DNA of 64,000 nucleotides from an uncultured Bacteroidales bacterium (GCA_963772705.1 CAVYYH010000005.1:75733-139732), one strand, 5' to 3'; counted from the first letter of the stretch, positions 51,460 through 63,414 are shown. Notes: generated by a model not told the origin, from the sequence alone. Program-made: numbers and translations.

Positions 51460-52035
51460 TCACTGCCGGAGGATTTTTATCACTCCGTTCGCGGATATTT
51501 TGATGACCGAAGAGGCTGCGGCTCTGCTTCGGTCGTCCTGTCTCCATACGCATACATAATCGACAGCAGCCTTTATCTCTTCGCTTATCTCGTCAAAGAC
51601 AGCGGGTGCCTCTGACCCGCTTATATTGGCGGAGGTTGATACCAGCGGTTTGCGGAAAGCATTCAGCAACTCGTCACAGAACGGGTCGGAACATATCCTT
51701 ACACCTACCGAGCCGTCATCAGATGTGACACCCTCAGCCAGGCCTCTTCCCCGGTCATAGACAACGGTGAGAGGCTTCTCCGCCATCTCCGCCAGTTCAA
51801 GGGCGATATCAGGGGGATTATCGACATATCTTGAAAGCATGGTGACGGAGTTGACAAGCACTATAAGGCTCTTGCTGTCAGCACGCTTTTTTATGTCATA
51901 GATCCTGCGCACTGCTTCGGCCCTGGTTGCATCACATCCCAGACCCCAGATCGTATCGGTGGGGTAGAGTATGACGCCCCCGTCGCGCAATACCTTCAGG
52001 GCATTCTTTATATCGTCACGGTAACCTTCTGTCAT
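51460..52035 (-). CDS. tsaC: L-threonylcarbamoyladenylate synthase (Sua5/YrdC)
   Basis: YPTDTIWGLGCD, STSANISG. Confidence 0.92.
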   Translation of the reverse strand: MTEGYRDDIKNALKVLRDGGVILYPTDTIWGLGCDATRAEAVRRIYDIKKRADSKSLIVLVNSVTMLSRYVDNPPDIALELAEMAEKPLTVVYDRGRGLAEGVTSDDGSVGVRICSDPFCDELLNAFRKPLVSTSANISGSEAPAVFDEISEEIKAAVDYVCVWRQDDRSRAAASSVIKISANGVIKILRQ

Positions 52036-52847
52036 ACCATCACATCATTTTCCCTCAGTGCATTGTTCAGTGAGGTTTTTTTGTCGGTCGATTCCTTTCT
52101 CTTGCCTATTATCAGGGCGCATGGCACATAGTAAGTACCTGCCGGGAATTCCTTAGGGTACGTGCCGGGTATCACCACGCACCCGGGAGGCACATATCCG
52201 CGGTATTCAACCGCCTCGCTTCCGGTAACGTCGATTATTCGTGTCGACCCTGTGATAACAGTGTTGGCAGCTATTACCGCCTCGGTGCAGATGCGCGCTC
52301 CTTCGACTATGACAGCCCGTGATCCGATGAAGCAGTAGTCTTCAACGATGACAGGTGCAGCCTGTACCGGCTCGAGCACACCGCCAAGACCCACCCCGCC
52401 GCTGAGATGCACATTCTTTCCTACCTGGGCACATGATCCTACTGTCGCCCATGTGTCAACCATGGTACCTTCCTCAACCCTGGCACCTATGTTTACAAAT
52501 GAGGGCATCAGTATAACCCCTTTTGCCAGGTACGAGCCGTAACGGGCAACAGCATGAGGCACAACCCTTACACCAAGTTCGCTGTAGTTGTGTTTAAGAT
52601 CAATCTTGTCATGAAACTCGAGCGGTCCGGCAACTGTTGTGCTCATCTCCCGCATGGGGAAATAGAGTATTACTGCCTTCTTAACCCAGCTGTTAACCGT
52701 CCAGTTGTCACCTGCAGGTTCGGCAACGCGCAGGATTCCTTTGTCAAGGGCATCAATGACCTCTTCAACGGCTTCCCTGACCTCAGGCTGCTTCAGCATT
52801 GCCCGGTCATCCCATGCTGCCTCTATCAAATCCTGTCTGTACCCCAT
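52032..52847 (-). CDS. dapD: Tetrahydrodipicolinate N-succinyltransferase
   Basis: WVKKAV, MPSFVNIGA, MVDTWATVGSCAQ, GGVLEP. Confidence 0.95.
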   Translation of the reverse strand: MGYRQDLIEAAWDDRAMLKQPEVREAVEEVIDALDKGILRVAEPAGDNWTVNSWVKKAVILYFPMREMSTTVAGPLEFHDKIDLKHNYSELGVRVVPHAVARYGSYLAKGVILMPSFVNIGARVEEGTMVDTWATVGSCAQVGKNVHLSGGVGLGGVLEPVQAAPVIVEDYCFIGSRAVIVEGARICTEAVIAANTVITGSTRIIDVTGSEAVEYRGYVPPGCVVIPGTYPKEFPAGTYYVPCALIIGKRKESTDKKTSLNNALRENDVMV

Positions 52848-52965
52848 TTTTTTCTGCAAAAATAAGAATTGTTGAACCGGTTCGTTAAAAAACTCTAATA
52901 ACTATCACACAACATAGATACTTTGCCATATAAGTTTAATTTTGAGCAGAGCTAAAACGTAGATT

Positions 52966-55377
52966 ATGATTAAGAAAATTCTTTTCACCGCATTTGTCCT
53001 GGGATCATTCATGATTGCAAATGGACAGGAAAAGTCAGGTTACCAGATGCCTCCCGAAGCAATAGTTGCAATCATTGATGCACCTCAGACTCCGGGAGTG
53101 CTTGTTAGTCCCGATAATAAGACCATCCTCCTTCTTGACCGTGCGGGTCTTGTATCGATAGCCGAGCTTTCTGGACCGGAGCTGCGTCTCGCAGGGATCA
53201 GAATCAACCCGGTCACGAACAGCCAGAGCCGCGGGCAGTCAGTCACCGGCATCTCTTCAATGAACATTGACGGAACGAACATACGGCCCCTGACAGGTCT
53301 TCCGGCTGATGCGAATCTCGGTGGCGTTTCATGGTCAGATGACAGCCGATGGTTTGCCTTTACAAGCACCACAGACAACGGTGTTGAACTGTGGGTCGCT
53401 GATGCAGCAGCCATGACCGCAAAAAAGGTTGATGAAGGTCTGAACAATATATTCATGAGGACGAGGAGCTGGATGCCTGACGGTTCAATAATCTATCTGC
53501 GTACGCTGAGAGAGCGTGGCAAAGCTCCTTCAGCCTCCCGTGTACCGGCAGGACCGTCGGTACAGGAGAGTGCAGGCAAGCAGGGCGAGTCGCGCACCTT
53601 CCAGGATCTCCTGCAGAATGTCGATGATGAGAAGATGTTTGAGTATTACGGCACCTCCGAGCTGGTGAGATGGGACGGACAGAAGAGTGAGGTTATAGGC
53701 AAAAAAGGGATGATCACGGACGTCTCTTCCTCTCCTGACGGGAAATGGCTGCTGGTGACGACGATAAAGAGGCCTTTCTCATATATTGTCCCTTATGCAT
53801 TCTTCCCGACGACCTTTGAAATATGGGATCTGAGCGGAAAGGTTGTCAGAACGCTCCTTGAAAAGCCATTGCAGGAGAACCTCCCGAGGGGTTATGACGT
53901 AGTTAATCCCGGCCCGAGAAACTACTCGTGGCGCAGCGACATGCCCGCAACACTTATGTGGGTGGAGGCTCTTGACGGAGGCGATTATCATGCAAAGGAG
54001 ATGCAGTACCATGACCAGGTTTATGCTCTTGAGGCTCCCTTCGCCGGGGACCCGGTCCCTTTCCTCGCAACCGAGAAACGGATACAGAGGATCACATGGG
54101 GTAATGAAGGTCTTGCAGTGCTCTCAGAAGGACTGCAGAAGAGCCGTGTGAGGGTCACAAGCACCTTCAGCCCGGCCAATCCGCAGGCAACGATGAAAAA
54201 AATATCGGAGCTCAACTCTGATGACCGTTACAACAACCCCGGTTTTTACATGACCACACGCAACAGCTTCGGACAGCAGGTGCTTCTGATAGCTGACAAG
54301 GGCAAGACGCTGTATCTCACGGGTCAGGGAGCCTCTGCCGAGGGAGACAGGCCCTTCATTGACAAGTATGACCTCAAAACGGGGAAGACAACAAGGCTGT
54401 GGCGTTCTGAGGCACCTTTTTACGAGACGGTAAGTGACTTCATAAATATTGACAAAGGGCTGGTGCTAACTGTAAGGCAGTCTGTCACCGAGGTGCCGAA
54501 CTACTTTATCCGTGACCTGAAAAAAGGGACACTTCAGCAGGTCACAAAATTCGGGAATCCCTATCCGCAGCTTGCAGGCGTGTATAAGGAAATGGTAACA
54601 TATAAGCGCAAAGACGGTGTTGACCTGTCATTTACACTCTATCTTCCATCAGGTTATGACAAGGCCAAGGACGGCCCGCTGCCAACGATACTATGGGCTT
54701 ACCCGCGCGAGTTCAATGATCCTTCGATGGCAGGCCAGGTAAGCGGATCGCCCTATACCTTTACCCGGATAAGCCCCTCGTCGGTGCTTATTTACGTCAC
54801 ACAGGGATATGCGGTTCTCAATGATGTCAGCTTCCCCATTGTGGGTGTTGGTGACGCTGAGCCCAATGACACCTTTGTCGAGCAGCTTGTGGCCAATGCT
54901 GAAGCCGCCATCAACAAGGCAGTTGAGATGGGTGTAACCGACCCCGCCAGGGTGGCTGTCAGCGGACACTCGTACGGTGCCTTCATGACGGGTCATCTCC
55001 TGTCGCACACGAGGCTCTTCGCTGCGGGTATAGCACGGAGCGGTGCATATAACCGCACACTGACTCCTTTTGGCTTCCAGAGCGAACGGCGCAGCTTCTG
55101 GGAGGCACCTGAGCTCTATCTTGAGATGTCACCTTTCTCGCACGTCACCAAGGTAAAAGATCCTATACTGCTTATCCATGGCATGGCCGATGACAACCAG
55201 GGTACCTTCCCGATACAGAGCGAGAGGTACTATGCCGCACTTAAAGGGGCAGGAGCTACCGTAAGGCTGGTTCTTCTTCCTTCTGAAGCACACGGCTATG
55301 CTGCCCGCGAGTCACTCCTGCATATGCACTGGGAGTATCTGAACTGGATGGATAAATACGTCAAGAACAAGAAATAA
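52966..55377 (+). CDS. S9 prolyl-oligopeptidase-family peptidase (glutamyl peptidase-like)
   Basis: Signal peptide, GHSYGAFM, ARSGAYNRTLTPFGFQ, HG..DDN, EAHGY. Confidence 0.9.
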   Translation: MIKKILFTAFVLGSFMIANGQEKSGYQMPPEAIVAIIDAPQTPGVLVSPDNKTILLLDRAGLVSIAELSGPELRLAGIRINPVTNSQSRGQSVTGISSMNIDGTNIRPLTGLPADANLGGVSWSDDSRWFAFTSTTDNGVELWVADAAAMTAKKVDEGLNNIFMRTRSWMPDGSIIYLRTLRERGKAPSASRVPAGPSVQESAGKQGESRTFQDLLQNVDDEKMFEYYGTSELVRWDGQKSEVIGKKGMITDVSSSPDGKWLLVTTIKRPFSYIVPYAFFPTTFEIWDLSGKVVRTLLEKPLQENLPRGYDVVNPGPRNYSWRSDMPATLMWVEALDGGDYHAKEMQYHDQVYALEAPFAGDPVPFLATEKRIQRITWGNEGLAVLSEGLQKSRVRVTSTFSPANPQATMKKISELNSDDRYNNPGFYMTTRNSFGQQVLLIADKGKTLYLTGQGASAEGDRPFIDKYDLKTGKTTRLWRSEAPFYETVSDFINIDKGLVLTVRQSVTEVPNYFIRDLKKGTLQQVTKFGNPYPQLAGVYKEMVTYKRKDGVDLSFTLYLPSGYDKAKDGPLPTILWAYPREFNDPSMAGQVSGSPYTFTRISPSSVLIYVTQGYAVLNDVSFPIVGVGDAEPNDTFVEQLVANAEAAINKAVEMGVTDPARVAVSGHSYGAFMTGHLLSHTRLFAAGIARSGAYNRTLTPFGFQSERRSFWEAPELYLEMSPFSHVTKVKDPILLIHGMADDNQGTFPIQSERYYAALKGAGATVRLVLLPSEAHGYAARESLLHMHWEYLNWMDKYVKNKK

Positions 55378-55527
55378 ACCCTTTCTCAGTGTCAGGAGGA
55401 GTTATAAACTGAAACTGAGGGTTTTTCAGAGCTATTTAACCGGCCAGGTTATTGGTTTCAAATTTTTTTAGTAATATCGGCTCCTGATATTATCCGAAAG
55501 AATTGTTTAACCAATAAAACCTATGTT

Positions 55528-57819
55528 ATGATTGATAGTTTGTTCTGGATTGCACCCATTTCCGCGGTGCTGGCTCTGTTATTTGCCTGGATCTTCTATC
55601 GCGGGATGATGAAAGCCCCTGCAGGAAATGACCGTATGCAGGAGATTGCCCAGTATGTCAGGGAAGGTGCCATGGCTTACATTAAAAGGCAGTATTCTGT
55701 CGTTTTTAAGGTTTTCATGGTGCTGGTGGTTCTCCTTGCAATAATGGCTTATCTCGGAGTTCAGAATCCATTTGTACCTATTGCATTCCTGACCGGCGGG
55801 CTTTTTTCAGGTCTCTGTGGTTACCTGGGAATGAAGACAGCAACACATGCTTCTTCAAGGACCGCACAGGGTGCTTCGGTGTCACTTAATAACGGCCTGA
55901 AGATTGCATTCAGGAGCGGTGCCGTCATGGGCCTCATTGTAGTGGGTTTCGGACTGCTTGATATTGCCCTCTGGTTCATTGTCCTTAACTACCTCGTGTT
56001 CACACCGGAACATATGGTTGAGGGATGGAAGTGGCTGGGGCTTACTTTTGTACAGGCAGGGACTGATGAGCACGCCAAACTGATAGAAATAACAGCAACA
56101 ATGCTTACATTCGGTATGGGTGCCTCTACACAGGCTCTCTTTGCCCGTGTCGGTGGCGGCATATTCACCAAGGCTGCCGATGTGGGTGCTGACCTTGTCG
56201 GAAAGGTTGAAGCAGGGATCCCCGAGGATGACCCGCGTAACCCCGCAACCATTGCAGACAACGTAGGAGACAACGTGGGTGACGTGGCAGGCATGGGTGC
56301 TGACCTTTATGAATCATATGCAGGCTCAATACTTTCGACTGCAGCACTGGGAGCTGCCCTTCCCCTGATTACAGGTGCTGACCAGATGAAGGCTGTCATC
56401 GCCCCGATGATTGTTGCCGGTATCGGCATTCTGCTGTCAATAGCAGGAGTTTATATGGTACGCACCAAAGAACAGGCAACGCAGAAGAATCTGCTGAATG
56501 CACTCCTGCTTGGTACCGGAGGAAGCTCATTCCTGATCCTTGTAGCGCTTGCAATAATGGCAGCCACAGGGTGGATAACCTGGGGAGTATTCGGCTCCGT
56601 GATAGCAGGTCTGGCTGCCGGGGTGATTATCGGACAGTCAACTGAATATTACACCTCACACGACTACAAACCTACTCAGGGTATAGCCAAACAGACAAAC
56701 CAGGGACCGGCAACTACCATCATTGAAGGTATGGCAGTAGGGATGCAGTCTGCATGGATACCTGTTCTTACTATTTCGGCAGCCATCATTGCAGCTTATG
56801 GGTTTGCAGGCGGATTTCACAATTTTGCCATGGGGGTCTATGGCATAGGGTTTGCCGCCGTGGGAATGCTCTCAACACTGGGTATCACCCTGGCTACCGA
56901 TGCGTTCGGTCCGATAGCAGATAATGCAGGAGGTAATGCTGAAATGGCACATCTCCCGAAGGAGGTCCGTGAACGTACTGATGCTCTTGACGGTCTTGGT
57001 AATACGACAGCCGCAACAGGCAAGGGTTTTGCCATCGGGTCAGCTGCACTGACAGCCATGGCTCTCGTCGCTGCATATATTGAAGAGGTAAAACTGTGGC
57101 TGGGCAGGTCTGCCGACACTTCAGCAGAAGGATTCAGACAGATAGGGGATGTATTGTTTTACAAAAGCATTGTCCCGACAGCCGTTCCTGAAGGTGTGAG
57201 GGCTGTTTTGGTCACTCAGGCTGATATACTCGACTTTGTCGATGCCTACAGCCTGTCAGTATTCAATCCGATCTTATTAAGCGGAATTTTTATCGGTTCT
57301 ATGATGGCCTTCCTCTTCAGTGCACTTTCAATGAAAGCTGTCGGTCGTGCTGCAGGAAGCATGGTTGACGAGGTGAGACGCCAGTTCAGGGAAATACCAG
57401 GAATCATGGAAGGGACAGGGAAACCTGATTATGCAAAGTGTGTTGCCATATCAACAAAGGGTGCCCAGCGTGAAATGCTGTTACCGTCACTTCTGGCCAT
57501 TGCTGTTCCGGTAGTAACCGGAATAGTTCTTGGTGTCGCGGGTGTGGTAGGTCTCCTGATAGGAGGGATGACTGCCGGATTCACCCTGGCAAGCATGCTC
57601 AACAATGCAGGCGGTGCATGGGATAACGCCAAGAAATATATTGAGTTAGGCAACTATGGCGGGAAGAAGAGCGAGGCTCATAAGGCAAGTGTCGTTGGTG
57701 ACACTGTGGGTGATCCGTTTAAGGACACATCGGGTCCTGCTCTGAATATTCTCATTAAACTTATGTCAATGGTTGCAGTGGTACTTGCAGGTCTCACCGT
57801 GATGTGGAGCCTTATGTAA
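55528..57819 (+). CDS. hppA: Membrane-bound K+-dependent Na+(/H+)-translocating pyrophosphatase
   Basis: [26 protein letters not shown] (K+-dependent), [10 protein letters not shown]. Confidence 0.95.
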   Translation: MIDSLFWIAPISAVLALLFAWIFYRGMMKAPAGNDRMQEIAQYVREGAMAYIKRQYSVVFKVFMVLVVLLAIMAYLGVQNPFVPIAFLTGGLFSGLCGYLGMKTATHASSRTAQGASVSLNNGLKIAFRSGAVMGLIVVGFGLLDIALWFIVLNYLVFTPEHMVEGWKWLGLTFVQAGTDEHAKLIEITATMLTFGMGASTQALFARVGGGIFTKAADVGADLVGKVEAGIPEDDPRNPATIADNVGDNVGDVAGMGADLYESYAGSILSTAALGAALPLITGADQMKAVIAPMIVAGIGILLSIAGVYMVRTKEQATQKNLLNALLLGTGGSSFLILVALAIMAATGWITWGVFGSVIAGLAAGVIIGQSTEYYTSHDYKPTQGIAKQTNQGPATTIIEGMAVGMQSAWIPVLTISAAIIAAYGFAGGFHNFAMGVYGIGFAAVGMLSTLGITLATDAFGPIADNAGGNAEMAHLPKEVRERTDALDGLGNTTAATGKGFAIGSAALTAMALVAAYIEEVKLWLGRSADTSAEGFRQIGDVLFYKSIVPTAVPEGVRAVLVTQADILDFVDAYSLSVFNPILLSGIFIGSMMAFLFSALSMKAVGRAAGSMVDEVRRQFREIPGIMEGTGKPDYAKCVAISTKGAQREMLLPSLLAIAVPVVTGIVLGVAGVVGLLIGGMTAGFTLASMLNNAGGAWDNAKKYIELGNYGGKKSEAHKASVVGDTVGDPFKDTSGPALNILIKLMSMVAVVLAGLTVMWSLM

Positions 57820-57836
57820 GTTTTCGTGATAGAACA

Positions 57837-57870
57837 GAAAGAGAGCCTTGCCGGGGCTCTCTTTCATTTT
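57837..57870 (+). terminator. Intrinsic terminator after hppA
   Basis: GAAAGAGAGCC-TTGCCGG-GGCTCTCTTTC then ATTTT. Confidence 0.8.
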
Positions 57871-57885
57871 AATAAGACAGATAGT

Positions 57886-58844
57886 ATGTTCATATCCTGA
57901 TTTTCAGATGTCGTTGACGGCTTCGGAGGCCATCTCGTCCGTTTATTCACCGTACTCCTGTCATGACCTCGCGTCAGCTGGATGCTATCGCCGGGGCTCA
58001 TCTCCTGTTCAAGTGTGAGAATTTTCAGAAGGTAGGGGCCTTCAAGTTCAGGGGGGCCACCAATGCCGTTCTCAGAATGAGTGATGAGGAGCGTCGTCGC
58101 GGTGTCGTCACCCATTCGTCGGGCAATCATGCTGCTGCGCTGGCTCATGCGGCCGTGTCGAGGGGAGTGAAGGCCTATATCGTCATGCCCTCCACGGCGC
58201 CTGAGGTGAAGAAGAGGGCTGTCGCCGGATACGGGGCTGAGATAACCTTCTGTGAGCCTACCGCTGAGGCGAGGGAGGCCGCCGCCGCCGAAGTCATCCG
58301 GCGTACCGGCGCCACACTGATACATCCGTATGACAACTTTAATATCATCGCCGGTCAGGGCACGGCGGCACTCGAGCTGCTGACAGACCACCCGTCGCCT
58401 GACGCCGTGCTGGCTCCTGTCGGCGGCGGCGGCCTCCTCAGCGGCACAGCCATCTCTGCCCGTCACCTCGCACCGTCGATAAAAATATATGGCGCGGAAC
58501 CAATCCTTGCCGATGACGCCGCAAGATCATTCCACACCCGTACACTGCAGCCACCACTGCCGCCGCGAACAATCGCTGACGGACTCCTGACATCACTGAG
58601 CGAAAGAACCTACTCCATCATAAGCAAAAATGTTGATGATATCCTGACAGTCAGTGAGGAGGCTATCGTCGAAGCCATGCAACTGGTATGGGAGAGGATG
58701 AAGATTATCATCGAACCCTCGTCGGCAGTGCCCCTGGCTGCCGTCCTTGGCAACAGGAGCCTCTTTGCCGGCAAAACAGTGGCGATAATTATTTCCGGGG
58801 GGAATGTTGACCTGACAAAGCTGCCTTTCGGTCGGCACGCCTGA
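57886..58844 (+). CDS. PLP-dependent serine racemase / threonine ammonia-lyase family protein (N-terminal indels)
   Basis: FKCENFQKVGAFKFRGA, SSGNH, PVGGGGLLSG, EPSSA, SGGN; IHRTPV in frame just upstream of ORF 57963. Confidence 0.88.
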
Positions 58845-59914
58845 AGTAGGCTATGATCGGATAGTGATCGGAATACCTGGCCTTGACGATGTCAAAGTCA
58901 TTGCATTCAATCTCTTCGTTGTACAGTATGTAGTCAATCCTGTTCGGAGGATACTTGCCCCGGTATGTGAAGCCTGCACCATAGCCTGCCTCCACAAAGG
59001 CATCCCTGAGACCACGCCTCATCTTGCGGTAGGTGTATGATACCGGAGTGTCATTGAAGTCACCGGCAACAATTACAGGATATGGCGAGGTGGTTATATG
59101 CTGCTTCACCCTGTCTGCCTGGAGTGAACGGCTGGCAAAACCGTTGATAAGGCTCTTGTATATCTCCCTGACATTGCTCATCGAGCCCTCCTGTACCTCA
59201 TCCGTTATTTCAGTCAGCAGGTTGCCCTCCACACGCCTCAGCCTGAACGACTGAAGGTGATTGTTGTAGATCCTGAAGGTGTCGGCGTCAACAACAATAT
59301 CTGTAAAGATGGTCAGGGATGATGATCCGGGATGCACTATATCGCCTCTTCTTACTATGGGATAACGTGTGATGGTGGCTATCCCGTAATGACTTGATGC
59401 CCCGCTCTTTATAAGTTTGATGTGGGTGTGCAATCTTCCCCCGAGGCCCTCTTTAAGCTTTTGTTCGCCGGCCCACGGACTACCCTTGACGAAATATTCC
59501 TGAAGACATATTATTCCCGGCTCCTCCTTCCTCAGGAGCTGTAACATCTTCCGGTATGAGTCCCTCTGGCTCTCCTCGTAAAAGTTGAAGAGGCGTATGT
59601 TATAGCTTATCACCTTGAGGTCATGATGCTCCTCGGATCCATGGTTGGTGAACCTGATGAAATTGTGCAGATAACCAAATCCTATCGCGATAAGAAATAA
59701 TGATATCAGCCCGTACCATTTTCTGAATATCACCCAGATCAGCGCCATGACAATATTTGCTGCCACGATATAGGGATATGCCAGGCCGAAGAGCGAGGGA
59801 AGAGCTGTTGCGGAGGGGTTGATATATACTGACAGGTATGCAAGTATCAGCGCTGCGGCAAGAATGACGTTCACCGACAGAAGGATATTGCGGGAAAAGC
59901 GCTTTATCCCGCTA
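58789..59914 (-). CDS. Endonuclease/exonuclease/phosphatase family membrane protein (start uncertain)
   Basis: N-terminal TM segments, SYNI, CLQE, HLQS, GDFND, RIDYI, SDHYP. Confidence 0.88.
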
Positions 59915-60799
59915 CTTCTTCTGCTGACTCTCGCTGAAGAGGATCTCTTTTTCTTCTCTGGTGAGACTGTCATAACCGCCCTTTGAGATCTTGTCAAGTA
60001 TATGATCTATTGCCTTTTGCCTTTCGGCTCTTATCTTGTTGTAGTCGTAGTCTGTCTTTGGTTTCTTGTATGTCACCTTCATCCGCCTCCCCGGCCTGAA
60101 GAGTGTCACAAAGAAATCAATGATACTGTTGAGCCATGCCCCTACATCTTTCCCGTTCTTCAGCCCGTAACCGTATGCCAGTCCCATCATTGCTCCGCCT
60201 ATGTGTGCTATCTTGCCCCCGGTGTTGACCGAGAAGTCAAAGACAGAGGTTATCAGGAAGGTGATGAGTGCAAGATACTTGAGTTTTATCCTTCCGAGGA
60301 AGAGGAGATGGAGCTCCATCTCAGGAAGGTAGACAGCAGTGGCTATCACCAGGGCCATCACGGAGGCGGATGCGCCGAGAGCCACCGAGACATTGACGGC
60401 ACCGGCAAATGCGGGAAACAGGTTAAAGATGATTATATAAAGCAGTGCCCCTGCCAGTCCCCCCATGAGGTAGAGTGACACAACCTTCCTCTGGTCGAGA
60501 TAACTCATGAAAATCTTTCCGAACCACCAAAGCCACAGCATGTTGAAGAGGAGATGAATGAATCCCTGGTGCAGGAACATATATGTGACAGGTGTCCACG
60601 GTTTTGTTGCCAGCGCCCCGACGGAGGCAGGAACGGCAAGATAGGAGATGGCCGTTGTTGCCAGTTCGGGGCTTGATGCCAGGACACTGATCATCTCGAG
60701 TATCTTGATGATCAGGAATATGCCGGCGTTGACAAAGATGAGCCTTGTGAGGCTGGTCCCGTGCCTGAATGATGCCTTAATCTCGTCCCAGATACCCAT
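59912..60799 (-). CDS. Rhomboid intramembrane serine protease with C-terminal extension
   Basis: HLLFNMLWL, GASAS, AHIGG, ILDKISKGGYDSL tail. Confidence 0.92.
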   Translation of the reverse strand: MGIWDEIKASFRHGTSLTRLIFVNAGIFLIIKILEMISVLASSPELATTAISYLAVPASVGALATKPWTPVTYMFLHQGFIHLLFNMLWLWWFGKIFMSYLDQRKVVSLYLMGGLAGALLYIIIFNLFPAFAGAVNVSVALGASASVMALVIATAVYLPEMELHLLFLGRIKLKYLALITFLITSVFDFSVNTGGKIAHIGGAMMGLAYGYGLKNGKDVGAWLNSIIDFFVTLFRPGRRMKVTYKKPKTDYDYNKIRAERQKAIDHILDKISKGGYDSLTREEKEILFSESQQKK

Positions 60800-61533
60800 C
60801 AGTAAAGTGTTTTGGTGGTCTTGCGCCAGTATCGTATCAGGAGGTACCCGAATATCATCCCGCCAAGATGTGCGGCATGTGCTATGTTGCTGCCCGGGCT
60901 TGTTACAGCGAGATAGAGCTCTATGGCACCGTAAGCCAGGACGAAGTATTTTGCTTTGATAGGGATGGGGGGGAAGATAAGCATCAGCTGCGTGTTGGGG
61001 AAGAGCATGCCAAAGGCAAGCAGAACCCCGAAGACGGCACCTGACGCACCTACTGTCGGAGTATTAAGAATGGTATTCAGTGTCTGGGCTGCATTATCGG
61101 TATAGACCTGGCCTGATCTTAATACTTCCAGACCTGAGTCATAGATATGCTGAAGCTCTTCAGGACTCAGTGCAGCCATTGACTTGGTGTACTGAAGCCA
61201 CATGACCATCTCATGAGTGAAGGCTGCGCCGAGGCCGGTGATGAGGTAATAGATCAGAAACCGCTGCGGACCCCATACTCTCTCGAGCACACCCCCGAAC
61301 ATGAAGAGGGCGAACATGTTGAAGAAAAGGTGTATGAACCCGCCGTGCATGAACATATGGGTCACTATCTGCCATGACCTGAAGTGGTCAGATTCGGGGA
61401 AGTAGAGCCCGAGTATACTGTTAAGGTCTGTTCCCCATACAGCCTTGAGGGCAAACGTGAGGAGCAGCATTACAACGTTGAGAATGATAATATTTTTTAC
61501 TATCGGCGGAAGGCCTGCAAATCCACTGTTCAT
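60799..61533 (-). CDS. Rhomboid intramembrane serine protease
   Basis: HLFFNM, GASGA, AHLGG. Confidence 0.93.
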   Translation of the reverse strand: MNSGFAGLPPIVKNIIILNVVMLLLTFALKAVWGTDLNSILGLYFPESDHFRSWQIVTHMFMHGGFIHLFFNMFALFMFGGVLERVWGPQRFLIYYLITGLGAAFTHEMVMWLQYTKSMAALSPEELQHIYDSGLEVLRSGQVYTDNAAQTLNTILNTPTVGASGAVFGVLLAFGMLFPNTQLMLIFPPIPIKAKYFVLAYGAIELYLAVTSPGSNIAHAAHLGGMIFGYLLIRYWRKTTKTLY

Positions 61534-61586
61534 CTCTGTTCTTCTATAGTTTCTGAGTTTTCAAATTTAGCCATTCTGATCGATAA

Positions 61587-63401
61587 TCAGCCGAATCTTC
61601 TGTCAAGCTCTTCCAGGGTTATGATGTTCATCACTGTCCGCCCTGTGGGTGAATAGTTTGGCATGGAGCAGGCGAACAGCTGGTCGAACAGTTCCTCCAT
61701 CTCATCATGTGTCAGGGGCATGCCGTAGGGTATGGCTGACGCTTTTGCCATCGACAGGGCTACCCTTTCCCGGGCGCCTATTGACGGATCGTTCAGCGTC
61801 TGTTTATATTCTGTAATCAGTATCTCAAGCATCGCCAGCGGGCTCACGTTGCGGCTGTCGGCCGGATGAGCGGTTATTGTGACCATGTTGTCAGCGCTGC
61901 TCTCCACCTCGAAACCAAGTGTCCTGATATCTTCTTTTATCTCTTCAATGATAACAATGTCAGCCGGATTTAGTTCTGTCTCCACCGGGAAGAGCGACAC
62001 CTGGGCAGGCACCGGGCCGTCACCCAGCGATGACAGGTATTTCTCATACAGCACCCGTTCGTGTGCTCTCCGCTGGTCGATCATCATTATCCCTGAAATG
62101 ACGGGGCACATGACATACCTGTTCTTGATCTGGAAGAAGCGGCGCTGGCTCCCTGAAGGTGATTGCATTCCCTCCTTGCCTGCAGCCTCGCTGCTTCGTG
62201 CCGTGACGGTGAAGAGCGACTCCCATCCACGTGCCGCACCATGCTCATGATCACCCTTCCATTTTGTCTCCGGCCGGTTATATTCAGTTCCATGGAAAGG
62301 ATTGAAGCTCTGGTCAACTTCGATACGGGGTGTCTGAGGTGCCGGCATGTCGCCGGTGATGACGGGTATCTCCACGGCACCCTCAGGACCGAAGTCCATT
62401 GACGGCACCACATTGAACCTCCCCAGCGCTTCACGCACTGAAGCGAGCATTATCTGCCATACCGATCTCTCATCCTCAAACTTTATCTCGGTCTTTGTAG
62501 GGTGTATGTTAACGTCTATGGTTGACGGGTCGGCTGTCATGAACAGGAAATATGAGGGTACTGATTCTGGTGGCAGTATCCCCTGGTAAGCCTCCATCAC
62601 GGCACGGTGGAGGTAGGGGTGCCTGATGAACCTGTTGTTGATGAAGAAGAACTGTTCTCCGGGTGACCGTCGGGCGTTCTCCGGCTTGCCGGCGAAGCCC
62701 GTGATGCTGACTATTGAGGTGGCAGTCTCCACCGTCACCAGGTTCTGGTTATAGTGCTTCCCGAAGAGAGCAACTATACGCTGCCTGTGGTTTGATGCCG
62801 GCAGACGGTATATATCCTGGTCATTGTGTATCAGGGTGAGTCTTATCCCGGGATGAGCCAGTGACACGCGCTGGAACTCTGTTATGATGTGCCTCAGTTC
62901 TGTGTTGTCTGTCTTGAGGAATTTGCGGCGTGCAGGTACGTTATAAAAGAGGTTTTTTACACTGAAGACCGAGCCTGTTGCGCATGAGCAGGGCTCCTGT
63001 CTTGTCACCCTCGAGTTGCTGATCTCGACAAGGGTACCCTCTTCATCCTCCTCTCTCCTGGTGCGCAGTTCAGTCATCGACACTGCTGCCACCGAGGCAA
63101 GCGCCTCACCCCGGAATCCTTTTGTGGTGATGGAAAAGAGATCGTCGGCAGATGAGATCTTTGATGTTGCATGCCTCTCGAAGGCCAGTCGGGCATCGGT
63201 CTCGCTCATGCCGCTGCCGTTATCTATGACCTGCACCAGGGTACGGCCGGCATCCTTTATTACTATTGTTATCTCAGAAGCACCTGCGTCGACCGCATTC
63301 TCGGCAAGCTCCTTCACCACCGAGGCAGGGCGCTGTATCACCTCACCGGCTGCGATCTGGTTGGCAACGGAGTCGGGCAGAAGCCTGATAATATCACTCA
63401 T
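61587..63401 (-). CDS. mutL: DNA mismatch repair protein MutL
   Basis: NQIAAGEVIQRP, GFRGEAL, DVNIHPTK, DQRRAHERVLYE. Confidence 0.98.
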   Translation of the reverse strand: MSDIIRLLPDSVANQIAAGEVIQRPASVVKELAENAVDAGASEITIVIKDAGRTLVQVIDNGSGMSETDARLAFERHATSKISSADDLFSITTKGFRGEALASVAAVSMTELRTRREEDEEGTLVEISNSRVTRQEPCSCATGSVFSVKNLFYNVPARRKFLKTDNTELRHIITEFQRVSLAHPGIRLTLIHNDQDIYRLPASNHRQRIVALFGKHYNQNLVTVETATSIVSITGFAGKPENARRSPGEQFFFINNRFIRHPYLHRAVMEAYQGILPPESVPSYFLFMTADPSTIDVNIHPTKTEIKFEDERSVWQIMLASVREALGRFNVVPSMDFGPEGAVEIPVITGDMPAPQTPRIEVDQSFNPFHGTEYNRPETKWKGDHEHGAARGWESLFTVTARSSEAAGKEGMQSPSGSQRRFFQIKNRYVMCPVISGIMMIDQRRAHERVLYEKYLSSLGDGPVPAQVSLFPVETELNPADIVIIEEIKEDIRTLGFEVESSADNMVTITAHPADSRNVSPLAMLEILITEYKQTLNDPSIGARERVALSMAKASAIPYGMPLTHDEMEELFDQLFACSMPNYSPTGRTVMNIITLEELDRRFG

Positions 63402-63414
63402 CTCATGAAAGGGA

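Noticed and set aside
28106-58466. Numerous antisense and shadow ORFs over confident genes (for example 28106-28657, 29516-30175, 32327-32902, 57864-58466)
   Set aside because: Fully overlapped by well-supported genes and lacking any family motifs.
59915-59997. Long overlap of the EEP ORF with the rhomboid 3' end
   Set aside because: Probably an ORF-caller extension. The real start should be near 59914, and the expected start codon may be non-canonical or miscalled.
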